Shown here one piece after another: positions 11,612-23,496 of a stretch of DNA of 64,000 nucleotides (position 1 is its first letter; each line of letters begins with the position of its first letter). The position numbers and the translations under genes are program-made. The DNA comes from Epiperipatus broadwayi (lineage: Eukaryota > Animalia > Onychophora): contig JAQFVV010000005.1 of the NCBI GenBank assembly GCA_028023455.1, positions 17,050,001 to 17,114,000 on the forward strand, in the 5' to 3' direction. The notes beneath the pieces were generated by a model, which saw nothing but the letters and a program-made list of their open reading frames with translations, was not told the origin of the DNA and did no database searches.

Positions 11612-11650
11612 TCCCCAGACTAGTTTCTGGCTTGCCTTTGTCAGTGCAGT
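11612..11650 (-). ncRNA. Type I hammerhead motif (family 2), G8A variant
   Basis: Reverse complement: CTGACAA-A-GGC/AA/GCC-A-GAAA-CTAG-TC-TGGGGA. Confidence 0.6.
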
Positions 11651-11665
11651 GGTCTGATCCAAGGC

Positions 11666-11707
11666 TCCTCACTGACGAAGGCCACAAGCCAAAAACTAGT
11701 CTGGTGA
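11666..11707 (+). ncRNA. Type I hammerhead motif (family 2), G12A variant
   Basis: TCCTCA-CTGACGA-A-GGC/CACAA/GCC-A-AAAA-CTAG-TC-TGGTGA. Confidence 0.65.
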
Positions 11708-12532
11708 TATTGGATTAGGCATTAGATGGGGATTTTATGCACAAGCCTTCTGGCATCCATTAATTACTCTAGCTCGCTGTGTGTGGCAATACATATAGTG
11801 AGTTTTGCCTGTTTTAATTTTGTACTTCATATTCATATGTAATAAATATACACCCCTATAGATTTATATTTTCCAATGTGCACATACTACATGTGTATAA
11901 TACACTTATGTATTTGTGTCCCAAAAATATGATTCACTACTATCAATGAATTTCAGTTATCTGCATCACAACCTGTTGCACATAAGAGGATTATTGAAGG
12001 TTGTTGTTTTTTAAAAATAGAAAACTATAAATTTAATATTAACCATAATGAATTTCAATTACCAAACTAATAAACAAGACATTATTTTATATTTTTGAAT
12101 CAAAACATTATTATAACCTGAAGATATTCTTTCATTTCAAACCTATAATTAACAATTAACTGCATGTTCCATTATTGCAACTGTTACTCTGAAATTGAAT
12201 TAAATTAATTTTGAAAGAAAATTGAATATCTTAATTAACATAACACGTTATTTAATGGCGTTTTTAAATTACAGAGAAAATGAGATAAATCCAAAATTAT
12301 TTGCAAAAAATATGCAAATAGTTAATAATGTCACAAAATCTTTAATATTATGTTATACCTTATAAAATATACTTATGCTCAAGTATTACACTCTAGATAT
12401 TTCTTTGATAATTGCATATATTATTATTTTAATTAGTTTCATTCTCTGGTAAGACTTGTGGGTGCAAGTATACATATATAAATACCCCCACATAAGAGAA
12501 TTTAAAATTTCCCTCGAATATTAATAAAAACA

Positions 12533-13983
12533 TTATAGCACACACTCCTCCGGCCAATGACCTCGTCCTCCACAATGATAACAGCGCCGCCTACGTGATC
12601 TATAATATGATGGAGGACCGTCTGAAGAATTGTCACTATATGAATAATGGGATTCATAACCACTGAAAGAATCATCAGAAATAATAATAGGATAACAGGA
12701 AGTATTCTCCAATCCCGAAAGTGATGGAATTATTTTTTTTTCGTTCTTCAATAAGTTCTTTTCTTTTGGTTTTTATATCATCACTCAGAAGTTCAATCGT
12801 TTTATCTATATAATTATCCAAAACAAGTGATTTTGTGAAATTTGTAGTAGTACTTCTGCAAATGGGGCATTCCTTTTTCCGCTTAGACCACTCTGAAATA
12901 CAAGTCAAGCAAAAAGTATGCGAACAGTTCAAAGTAGTAGTCTGAACAAACAGTTCTGAACAAATTATACACTGGAGTTCCATTTCAACTAGTTGAGTCA
13001 TATTCGTCACAATGCCTTCCCGTATCTGAAAGGCATGATCTTTCTGGGCCAAGTTATCAGCTCGAACTGATTCAAGTTGTTTTTCTAAAAAAATATGTTC
13101 TAATTCTTTGGTTAAAATGATTTTTTCTAGTCTTTCTTTTTCAGCTAGTAACTTTTCTTCTGTTTCTTTATTTTTTCTTCTAATTTCCTTTCCATTTCTT
13201 GTTGCAATTCCTTTTCAATATTCATTTTTTCTTCTAAATATTTATCTTTTTCGTTTTTTAATTGACCAAATAATGCTTCTTTTCTTTTCAACTCTGCATC
13301 CAAACAATTTTGTAATTGTTGTAATTTACTTTGTTCTCCTTTTAATTTATTTTGTTCGTTTTTTAACGCAGTAGTCATCTGCCTTTCTTTTTCGGCCATT
13401 TCTTGTTTTAAGATTTGTTCAGCACAATCTTTTTCAGCCAGCTGCTTTTTCATTTTATTAACTTGTCTTTCAACTTCCGAAATCTTTGCTGATATTTCAA
13501 TATTCTGTTTTTTTAACCGACGTTTTAATGCTTTACGCCACAGAAAAATTTTCTTATCATTCTCGAGACATTTTTTTTCTTCGATTTACAACCACCTTGG
13601 TCTTTTGCTTTAAATGAATGTCCAATTTGTTCATTAACGTCGCTATCATTAGTGAAAATATATAAAAAATAATCAGAACCCTTTTCACTACATTTGCCTA
13701 ATTGAATTATATCTCCAAAACGAAGAACTTCAGGAATACCAGGCGATATTTTTTTCTTGTTAACGAAAATACCGTTCGTACTCCACTGATCAGTAATTGT
13801 CCACTGTCCGTCTTTTCTTTCTTTCAACAAAGCATGCTTTTTAGATATCAAGATAGATAATATAATAACATCAGCTGAAGGATTTCTTCCAACTGTAATT
13901 TCATGTTTATTATTTAATAAGATTACTGAATATTCAGAGAGATTACCGCCAATGCGACGTAAACAACATGAAATTCCCGCCAT
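12533..13983 (-). pseudogene. RNF8: RNF8-like E3 ligase copy 1 (FHA-coiled coil-RING-CCHC) with three homopolymer frameshifts; possibly intact in vivo
   Basis: ORF pieces 13525-13983, 13145-13453, 12675-13052 and 12533-12751 align end to end with 35751-37229. Frameshifts sit at T-runs 13571-13578, 13171-13176 and 12733-12741; no in-frame stops otherwise. Confidence 0.85.
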
Positions 13984-14518
13984 TTTGTCCTAATTAAAGT
14001 AAACGGAAGATATACTTAGCTTATTAAAACTAGTTTCGTATTTATAGAAATATTAGATTTTTCCAGTAATAAATATTAATTATAATGTTAATAATAAAAA
14101 AAAGATTAAAAATGTTAGAATGATAATAACTGGAGTAAAATTAAAAAATGTATATATATTACTGGTTACATTTCTTGTTTGATTCATAAATTGACGGGGC
14201 TATTAGATAAACTTTAAATATTTGTAAAAACAACAACTAAAATCGTAATCGTATTTTTGTCGCTCAGTTTTGACACAGGACATTTTTATCTCTTGCTGTC
14301 AGTTTTAACTACAATTATTTTTGATAAAAGAAATTATGCGTAAAAGTAAAGAATCCATATTATTTACATACAATATTTTTAAAAAGTCATAATAAGTAAT
14401 AACCAACATTTATAAATGAAAGTCGTCTTCTAACTCTAGAAATAAATAAATGCGAAGTTAAAGATAAATTTTAAAAAGGCTATACAGACCAGTCCATAAA
14501 ATGTAAATAAATCATTTA

Positions 14519-14900
14519 ACATTATTTTCCATCATCGTTCCACTGCAGGATGAAGATCTCTCCAAGTTTAAACCAACTTCTATTAATTCATAGCTTCTCC
14601 ATATCACACCAATACATTTCTTTTTTTTATTTTTCCATTTTACATGTGGTTTCTTTCTAGGTCTTTTACAATTTCTTGATACTCAGATTAAGATTTCAAC
14701 TACTCATCTATTATCTCTTCCATATATATCCAGCTAATTTCACTTCAATCTCTTAATTCTTTCAATGATCACATATGGTATACATTTTTTTTGTCAGTCA
14801 AATGTTTTACTTTTGATCCTTCTTGTTACTCCCAAACTTAAAAAAATTTCTTCATACTTCATGGAGTGACTTGAAGTCTGTATTGCTCTTCTCAGATCAT
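14519..14900 (-). mobile_element. Old RTE LINE 3' fragment, shared with the copy 2 flank (37725-38075)
   Basis: Reverse complement GAAGAGCAATACAGAC...GGAGTAACAAGAAG resembles the RTE 3' end at 30441-30843; same position relative to both RNF8 copies. Confidence 0.65.
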
Positions 14901-14974
14901 AAGTAAAAACTAGTAAAACACATCTATTAAAATATTTTTTTTTCAAAACCATAGGAATATTTTCTTTTATATAT

Positions 14975-15125
14975 AATATACCATATATTCCTTAATAAAC
15001 ACATTACAATGCAATTTAAACATATGATTTATTTCCTCTTGCTTATAGTTTCACCTGCTGTGCAGTCATCATCAGAGCTACAACATTTGAACATATACAA
15101 TCAATATTTTTCTATACACATATAT
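14975..15125 (-). mobile_element. HHR family 4 (Penelope pLTR-like) arm, inverted partner of 17281-17430
   Basis: Reverse complement GCT-CTGATGA-T-GACTGC/ACA/GCAGGT-GAAA-CTAT-A-AGC followed by AAGAGGAAATAAATCATATG, mirrored at 17330-17385. Confidence 0.7.
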
Positions 15126-15139
15126 ATACACCAATATAT

Positions 15140-15470
15140 ACACACAACAACAATTTAAATATCATCTTAGATTATGAATTTTTAATATTTACAAAAAAAA
15201 ACTGTTTTTTATTCTATACCTATATTCGATTAATTTTTTTTATATAAATTAAACATTTATTTCTTCATATTCTTACTATTTTTAAATTTGTATATTCATT
15301 TATTTATTGTACAAATTTAAAAATAATAAGAATATGAAGAAATAAACGTTTAATTTATATAAAAAAATTAATCGAATATAAGTATAGAACAAAAAAATAT
15401 ATAAAAAAGTTTTTTAAAAAATATTAAAAATCCATAATTTAAAATGTTAGTTAGATTGTGTGTGTTTTTT
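15140..15470. repeat. AT-rich foldback inverted repeat (~330 bp)
   Basis: TATTCGATTAATTTTTTTTATATAAATTAAACATTTATTTCTTCATATTCTTA / TAAGAATATGAAGAAATAAACGTTTAATTTATATAAAAAAATTAATCGAATA. Confidence 0.85.
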
Positions 15471-17255
15471 TTTTATAAAAATAGAATTTATTAGAACCTT
15501 TTAAGACAAGACTGATAAGTGTATATTATAGTGACTTGTGTATTCTGAAGTAGCAAGTTCACGTTGATATCTTTGACATTTGCTTTCTGAAAGACTGGAG
15601 CTTGATTAACGTTCTGGTAGTGTAACTTTGTTCCAAGTTTGATGATGTAGCCAGTCTGAAGCCAAAAGCTGGTCATGTTCTTTGGAACAAATGAGCACCT
15701 TTGTGTAGGTGTCACAGACCCTGTAAAATGCGTGATTGAAGATGTGTTTGCATCTGGTGTTCCACATGGCAAAGATCAAAAAAAATTAACAATCTAATGT
15801 TGGCAAAGATACCATTCTTGATTGTGGTCTGGATGAAGAGTGCTTTCTGGAGGTTTAGCGAAACATTCTTGATGATGAAGGTCATCAGCGGACCAAGAAA
15901 AGTGCAAGAATACAATAGATGCAGTATTGTTTCACATGCTGAGGAGCAGAGTTGACATTGAGGATTCAGCTGAAACCTCTTCTCCAGACCAGGAAATGGC
16001 TGATAAGCAAAGAGACAAGGTTTAGCTTAATAAGAAAGTCAATGAATTTGAGCTCTAAATGCCAGTTTTTGAATTTGCCTATTAGTGATTTGTTATTTAT
16101 TCTCAGTGAGTTTTTGAGTGTGGACTGGCTTTGATGTTTGATTTTATAAGTTTTGCCAATATGTTTTTTTTTTGTCATTTAATGTGAGTTGTGTTAAATC
16201 TATAGAAATTTTTTATGTTTAGCCAGATGTCAGTTAGCCATTTGCTGGTGAGGGGTGAAGGCGTGTTTGTGGGTTCAACTAATGTGTGTTGATTTAGCAT
16301 GGATGGATCTAGGTATAGGGATCGGAATACTCCTAGAGATTTTTGGAGATACAGAGTGCAGACTGAGTGCAGGCCCAGCTCATTGAGCTCCTGGGGCATT
16401 TATGCTTTGGACATACTATCAGCCACCACCCTGCCATTCCAGAGTGCTTTGGAGCAGAGTGTTTATTGCCCATTCAAAAGATTTAGTAAGTTTGGACCAT
16501 TGGGAGGTAATAGTTTAGTCTCTGATATACTAACATGCTTAGCAGGGCAGTCTTTCCGGGTAGTGAAATGGAGATTCTTGAGAGACTGTTTCCTTATCTT
16601 ATCCAGAAATTGCATTGTGTATGATCTTTGCCATAGATAGTCTGGACTTGGAGATTGGGAAGCCTAGGAAGGGTTGCAGTTCTGCCGAATATGGTGAGGG
16701 AATTGTCTCTTCTGTTTTGATTTTCCACATTGATGACTTAATATGGTTTATTTGAAAATTAAGCTTTTTAGCATACTTCTCTATAATTTGGAGTGCTGTT
16801 GGAAGTTGGGCTTTGTATGGCAAGAAAATATGGTGTACTTTATGTCCTAATGCAGGAACATATATCCCCAGAATCTTGGATTCAATCTCCTTGAGGAAAG
16901 GGTTGAAATATGCGATAAAACACAGCATGGCCAATGGAAAACCTTGTGGGATGGAAACTGCCATCCAGAGATGTGAAAACAGCCCTGTTCAGTAAAAGGT
17001 TTCCATTTATTCGAATAAAGACACCAGGCACTTGTAGTTCATGAAGAGTCCATAAGAGTAAAGGTATGATGGCATCAAATGCTGAGGCAAAATCAATTTG
17101 TATTGCTATTGGCTCTGAATTCCTATGGAGTCTTACATGCTCAATGAGGAGTATGAAGCACCAGACTGCATCACTGGTGGAGGAGCCCTTGCAAGCAAAT
17201 TGGTAATTGGAGATGAGCTGATAAATTTGATTTTGAATATGGTCTTTCACTATAG
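15467..17255 (-). mobile_element. 5'-truncated L1/Tx1-clade non-LTR retrotransposon (RT plus C-terminal CCHC), decayed
   Basis: IQIDFASAFD, IPQGFPLAMLCF, and zf-RVT motif CQLCSSACETILHLLYSC (~15905-15958); AATAAA and an A-rich tail near 15467-15495. Confidence 0.85.
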
Positions 17256-17280
17256 ATTTTGTTTTTGATAAAGTGTTTTT

Positions 17281-18830
17281 ATGAGTATATGTATAGAAAA
17301 GTATTAATTGTATATGTTCAAATGTAGTTCTGATGATGGCTACAAGGCAGTTGAAACTGTAAGCAAGAGGAAATAAATCATATGTTGAAATTGCATTGTA
17401 ATGTGTTTATTAAGGAGTATATGGTTTATAAATATTACCAAAATTCACACTTTTTTCTTATTTTTGCCGTAATATCCCATAAAAACAATGTATCCAAGAG
17501 GTTTCTGAAGAAAACTCTTTATTTGTACATATATATATATACACCTACATTTCGACTGACCTGCAGTCTTCTTCAGAGGTTTCTGAAGAAGACTGCAGGT
17601 CAGTCGAAATATAGGTGTATATATATATGTACAAATAAAGAGTTTGCTAAAAAGTGTTTGAAGCAGCTTGGATAAATTGTTTTTAGAGTATATGGTTTAT
17701 TATATATATAATTTATCAATGCAAATAAGGAGAAGTGGAAAGAAATTTTAATATTTTCTTCTAATATTATTTCTACTAAAATCTTTCAAAGATTAATTCT
17801 ATCATTATTTTCATCCATATTTCCATCTGTATTATTAATCTGTACAAAGTATTTATAGTGGTTAACTTCTGATTTACCCAATTATACTAAGAATGAGTAG
17901 ACTTAATAATGTTTTCAACGTTAGGATTTTTTTTTCAAACATTTCTCATAATGAATTAAACTAACTTAAAATAATGTGTCTAGCTACGCTTAGCTAAATG
18001 GGAAACAAGAATGAAAAATCAATTGAACTTGATAAGTGTTAACTTATTTATTGTTGTGCCTTGAGGTTTAATTCTGCTTTTTTTGCCAAAAGAGCTGAAA
18101 GTGTGTCCCAATGAAAAGGTGACTGATTCTCATTCCAAGCTGCCTGCAGAGCCATCTTTGAATCAATGTTTGTATTACATGTTTACAAAAATGTTAAGGT
18201 ACTAGAATATCTGGATGCTAAATTACGAAACATGACTGTGTTTCTTATTTTAACCCATGATAAGATGAATTCAATTTAAATTGTGGAACGCTGCTGCTAA
18301 AACATTTGAAATAATTCAAACAGCATATGGAAATGAATCCATGAATCATAAGAACATTTTTCTAAGCACTTTGCAAAATTTTGTTATAGAAGGGAGAACA
18401 TCTAAGTTGATTCTCGATTAGGCATATCAAAAACAACTGAAAATAAAATGTACAAAAAGTTGGAAAAATTCTTCAAAATGATAGCTGTATCTCTTACAGT
18501 GATTGAAAAATTTGCCAAAACCACCATCCATTGTATTTTAATGGAAGATTTGAAAAAAGTAATTGTGTGTGCTTTGTGCTCCACTTGTTGATAATCATCC
18601 AAAAATATGCCAGTGTGATGTATAGATTTTTAAAATGATTCATATTTTCTAGCTTATAATGATACAAATAAAACTTGTTGAAGCTTTTTTTTACATTTCT
18701 GAGTGATAAATAATTACTAAACCAAAGTTTTTATAGCCTGCATTAAAAACATTCTAGAGATGATCTTTTCAACTGGGAAAAAATAAAGCAGTCATCAGTG
18801 TAATGTGAAGCTAGAAACCAGGAAGATGAT
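17281..18830. repeat. Segmental duplication block X, copy 2 (mariner remnant at ~18270-18600; degenerate family 4 HHR at ~17330-17370)
   Basis: Collinear with 2067-2990. Contains CTGATGATGGCTACAAGGCAGTTGAAACTGTAAGC, whose core is deleted in copy 1. Confidence 0.9.
17512..17645. repeat. Near-perfect hairpin carrying two divergent hammerhead cores (family 4)
   Basis: CTGAAGA-A-GACTG/CAGGT/CAGTC-GAAA-TATA/GGTG/TATA-T-A on +, mirrored on -. Lies in a ~270-bp insert flanked by a duplicated GAGTATATGGTTTAT. Confidence 0.8.
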
Positions 18831-19059
18831 TTTTTTATTCTTTAATATGATCAAGTTAAGAAATCTATCAAGTTTTGATAACTGCTTGTAAGAATGAAAA
18901 ACAGATGGAGCTAATGTTTGTATTTATATATTGGACTTAAACTTTATTTAAATTTTCCAATTACATTCAACTGTTAGTAATAGCACATAGGTTAGTATAT
19001 GCACAATGTTTCAAAAGGTATTATTCTCTCTTCTTCAGGTCTTATAGCCTTACTAGTGA

Positions 19060-19140
19060 CAGTACTAGTATGGGAATTGAACCTGGACCTTTAGATTTTT
19101 GAATTTTAAGGTAGCATTCTAATGAACTGAGTCATCCCAA
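19060..19140 (-). mobile_element. Degenerate tRNA-derived SINE head
   Basis: Reverse complement has an A-box-like TGACTCAGTT and B-box GGTTCAATTCC; similar to 30170-30245. Confidence 0.45.
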
Positions 19141-19989
19141 AAGCAAAGTTGATTAGTGTTTTCCAGACATTATGTACAGTCACACTAGGCTGACTTTGAG
19201 TTAATTGTCACTGACATGTGAGCAGCTTCTTCGATTTTTTTTCTTTGTATCTTTTCCTCTCCACTATTTTTTTATTTTCCCAATTGAACATATCATTGGT
19301 GTATGCATGTTCTGCTACTTTAGGCACATCTGTTTTCTCTCTTCTAATCATCAGTTTGTGCTCTTGTTATTGTTTTTCAATGGAATAACTGGTCTCTCCA
19401 ATATACTTTGTTGTCATAAATAGTTGTATCCATTAAAATTGTTACATTGCCTTTAACAGCAGAGAGAATAAATATGGATTTATCTGCTTTGAGAGATCTA
19501 ATTGTTTTCTTCTCATTATAGAATATTTTTGACTTGGGTTTTGTTGCATTTCAAGTATCTTTTTAATCTCCAGCATAATTCTACTGCTTCTTCTAAAGGC
19601 AATTTTTGAGTGATTTTCTCAGTAGCTGTCATTATATCTAATCAAATGATACTAAATGGTGTGATGGCAAAGTTTAATTATTTTTCAATAACAGAAATTT
19701 CAGCATCTGTTGGATATTTAAAACAAAAATTTTTAACAGATGAAGCCTGTATAGTGTTTGGTACATTAAGATTTTTGATATGCTGATATAGGTTAGCAAG
19801 TTTTTTTCTTTTGGCATTGTTTTACTTTTCCATGTAATATAGAATATGAGTTTTTACTGCTTGAGAAACTCTTGTGAAGGCTCCATTAGTAAGATTATTT
19901 TTTAAAAAATATTCTATATTATTAATGGACTGTAAGGTTTGATACTTAAAGAACCCTTGAGCATTTACTCTTTTGCTTAATAGAGCTTC

Positions 19990-20487
19990 ACTTAATCTCT
20001 GTGTCATTTTCTCAGCTCTTCTAAAAGTAGATAAATCTATTGACCTTGCTCACAAAGGCAATGCAACAGTTGTAATGGATACAACTGATTATGACAACAA
20101 AATACAAGAACTTCTCATAGCAGGCCAATATAGAAAAGTGGTAAAAAATTTGCTACCGAGTACGGAAACAAAGTTATAAGCATTTCTCAGAAAGCATTGA
20201 AGTTGATTCAGAAAAAAGTATACTTACATCATATTTCAGCAAAATTCCTCATCTTTATGGTCTACCTAAAATACATAAGGATCATGTTCCATTAAGACCT
20301 ATTGTTAATTCAAGAAATTTACCTTGAAAAATTGTCAAGATTTCTTCTCGAAGTTCTTATTCCTTTGTTATACAAGGCCCAGTCCTTTGTCAGGAACTCT
20401 AGACACTTTGTAGAATTAATCAAGAACATGAAAATTGAAATAACTGACATACTACAGAGCTTTAATGTGTAAAGTTTATTCACCAAT
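19990..20487 (+). mobile_element. Penelope-like RT fragment
   Basis: KGNATVVMDTTDYDNKIQELL, KIHKDHVPLRPIVNS, FVRNSRHFVELIKN and SFNV*SLFTN. Confidence 0.88.
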
Positions 20488-21600
20488 TTATCTTTAGTCC
20501 CAATTTCATCTGATAATTCTTGCAACATTTCCCGAAGCTCTGAAGCATTATTTGCAAAAACAGCTACATTATCTGAAAAATCTAAATGACTTAAATAATT
20601 TCCATTTATTTTTATTCCTTTAACTTTCCATTTTAATCCACAAAATACTTCTTGCAGCATTGATGTAAAAAGTTTTGGAGATATGGAATCACCATGTTTT
20701 ATACCCTTTTCAATGTTAACCTTCCTAGTATCACTATGTAATCTAATGTTATTAATTTTTATAAATATTTCTTCAGAATATAACAATATCCTGGGTCTAT
20801 ACCTTGATGATCCAATGCTTTAATCATTGAAGAAATTCTTATAGAATCAAATGTATTTTCATAATCTACAAATCCAAAGCATAATAGCAACTCATATTCA
20901 TTGATCCTTTCTATACTCTCAATATATGGATATGATCTACTTTACAAAAACCACATTTAAATCAGCTTGTTCTTTTGGTTGATTAAAATTTTTTGTAGAT
21001 GAGTTGTAATTATTTGGTAAAAATTTTGTATAAAACTGATAAAAGACTGATAGGTCTGTAATTTCAAATATGTTCTTTACAAGTTTTTTAAATATTAATA
21101 TTGTTACTGCATTCTTCCAAACATTTAGACATTTGATATATAACTTAGACAAAATCACCTGCTTCTTTTAAGATATTGATTATAATTCCATCATTAGCTA
21201 GAATTTTCCCTTTCTTCATAAATTTAATTGCATGTCTCACTTCTTCATTTAAAATTCTGGGCAATTCAGAAGATATAATAGTTGCAGAAGGTACTTGTTC
21301 TTTATTACTATATAATTCTTGGTATAACTCCTCTACACATTTCAAGATATCATCTCTCTTTTTAGTAATAGTTTCATCTTTTTTTCTTATTGCAAATCTA
21401 AGTTTCCTACCAATACCAAAATATTTTACACTTTTGAGACTTTTATTCTCTTCTATCACTTTCCTTGCTAGTTCACAATTTATATCATTATCATTTTTCG
21501 CAATATTTTATAAAATTCTAAATATTTAATCCTTTTTAATGCATCATTTTAATATATGTTCATATTCCTTCTTATCATATTCAATTTAGGCAATGCTAAG
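20488..21600 (-). mobile_element. RTE-clade LINE RT fragment
   Basis: KGIKHGDSISPKLF, GIKINGNYLSHLDFSDN (decayed FADD), EELYQELYS...NEEVRHAIK. Confidence 0.9.
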
Positions 21601-21759
21601 TGTGATTTTTCCTTTAAAAATTAATGAATTAAAAAAAAAATCAAATATCAATACTTCAGAAAATGAATATTTATTTATAATTATTTTTTTGATTTGCTCA
21701 GAAATTTAAGACGCTATTTACATCTTCACTAAAAAAATAGCATTTATAATTTTAATAAA

Positions 21760-22810
21760 ATATAAATACAACTTGTACATCTTATTTACAAACTTTATAG
21801 CAAATAATTTTTTATTATATATACATAATCTGTTTTGACTGTCCTGCAATCTTCCTCAGAACTAGGATATAAGAATAAATGAAAACTATATACTAATATA
21901 AATAAAATTTAAAATAATAATAATAAAAGTAACACAAAATATAAAATAAAATGAGAATTAAATGTGATAAAATGAAACAAAATAAAATAATGCAGATAAT
22001 ATAAAATTTATAACATTAAATTGAAATATAGAGATATATTTCTATTCTTGTTTGTATACATATAGTCACCAAAAACTGTTAATTTAAATATAAACTGTAA
22101 TTTTATTATTCCCAAATTAATAAAATACTTATAATGTTGTCTTTACATATTTCTTTGTTCAACATTGTTCCATTCACTAAAAATGTATTATTTTTACCTT
22201 TAAATCAAATATATCTATTTTCTTATTCAAACTTCAGTTAATAATTTTTATTTTAACTTATTAATTCATAACCTTATTACTATTTTTCTTTTATTATTTA
22301 ACAAATTGTTAAATTATTACACAAATTTTCTTTATAAAATCAATTTAAATTATACTATTTTATATTTTAATAGTGTTTTTTATTTCCTAAATATATAATT
22401 ATATTCATACTTACATTCATATGTAAAAATTTCTACTCAAATATATTTTTATTATTTGTTTAAGTAATTTTATATTTCCCTTTATATATCTTTTTTTAAT
22501 GAATTTATGATAATGTCATCCTAATTCCAGAATCTTTATTCAATTTTAGTTTTATCTTTTTTATTACTATTGCTCATTTTATTTTTCTTTAATATCGTCT
22601 CACATAACATCATTTTCATTGAACCTTCTATAAATTTGTGTCCTGTTTCTTTCATATAAATACATATTGATAATTTATTATTTAACATGATGTTTTTAAT
22701 TTTATTGATTACATTTGTTTATTATATTAATTAAAGATTTATTTTATATTTATATCAACATTCTGAGGGAAACTGCATGACAGTTGAAATACCTGATTTG
22801 TGTGTATATA
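21760..22810 (-). mobile_element. 3' end of a Penelope-like element: GIY-YIG C-terminus followed by a family 4 HHR
   Basis: Reverse complement translates VFQLSC, YMKETGHKF and (across frameshifts) RKIK.AIVIKK...LNKDSG at ~22500-22800. Downstream CTGAGGA-A-GATTG/CAGGA/CAGTC-AAAA at ~21830-21860. Confidence 0.6.
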
Positions 22811-23185
22811 TATAAATTTTTATCTATTATAAAATGTTTTAAGTAAGACTTACAAATTGTATTTATATAAAATATGTCAACAAAATAAAGGAAGTGATAG
22901 ATTTAGTAATTTAATAAAATGCTAACAGTTGCAATATGTATACTTGATCATAAATCATTGGAAATATTTACAATTGAAGAGCTGCGACATGAAGAATTAT
23001 AATCGTTTAATCATTAAATTAATTAGGTTATTAAATCAAAAACATATTTTAAAATCTACATTTAAAAAAAAAAACAATTTAACAAAATAAAATACGAAAA
23101 GCATTAATGTGAAGAATAGTTAAAATGCATGTTTAAATCAAATTGTGTGTTTGCACATGCATATTCTGCATAATCTATTTTAATA

Positions 23186-23496
23186 CATTGTACAGGGTTA
23201 CACCTGCCTTTATATATGTAATATACATGGGATTTGAACTCAGACTTTCACATGACCTACAACTCTCAGTGCCATCTTATATTGCTGACTCACCTGATCA
23301 CACACATGTTGAAAAGATAAATAACACATGTTGAAAAAATAAATAATCACCAATATAAGTATTTCGTGCTAAATCAGCACTCATTAAAGTATGAAGATTG
23401 GTTATCTTAATATAAAGCTGAGTACTAATTGTATATATGTGTGGAGATGATAATCTAAACCAACTGATGAGTGCTGGTTTAGCACAAAATACATAT
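23186..23496. mobile_element. HHR family 1 element, left part (continues at 28196-28345)
   Basis: TACATTGTACAGG...GAACTCAGACTTTCAC arm as at 57626. HHR remnants at ~23348-23387 (-) and 23457-23496 (+, split). Confidence 0.8.

Larger units (their letters stand above)
11445..11818. mobile_element. HHR family 2 hairpin element with a hammerhead in each arm
   Basis: Near-perfect inverted repeat 11498-11818 (TTAAAACAGGCAAAACTCACTAT / ATAGTGAGTTTTGCCTGTTTTAA). HHR motifs at 11666-11707 (+) and 11612-11650 (-). Confidence 0.85.

Noticed and set aside
12733-13578. Programmed ribosomal frameshifting to rescue RNF8 copy 1
   Set aside because: It would need three events in mixed directions with no stimulatory structures seen; sequencing error or slippage mutation is simpler.
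21600-22800. Mitochondrial insertion (NUMT) explanation for the extremely AT-rich stretch
   Set aside because: No mitochondrial gene motifs found; part is better explained as a Penelope 3' end.
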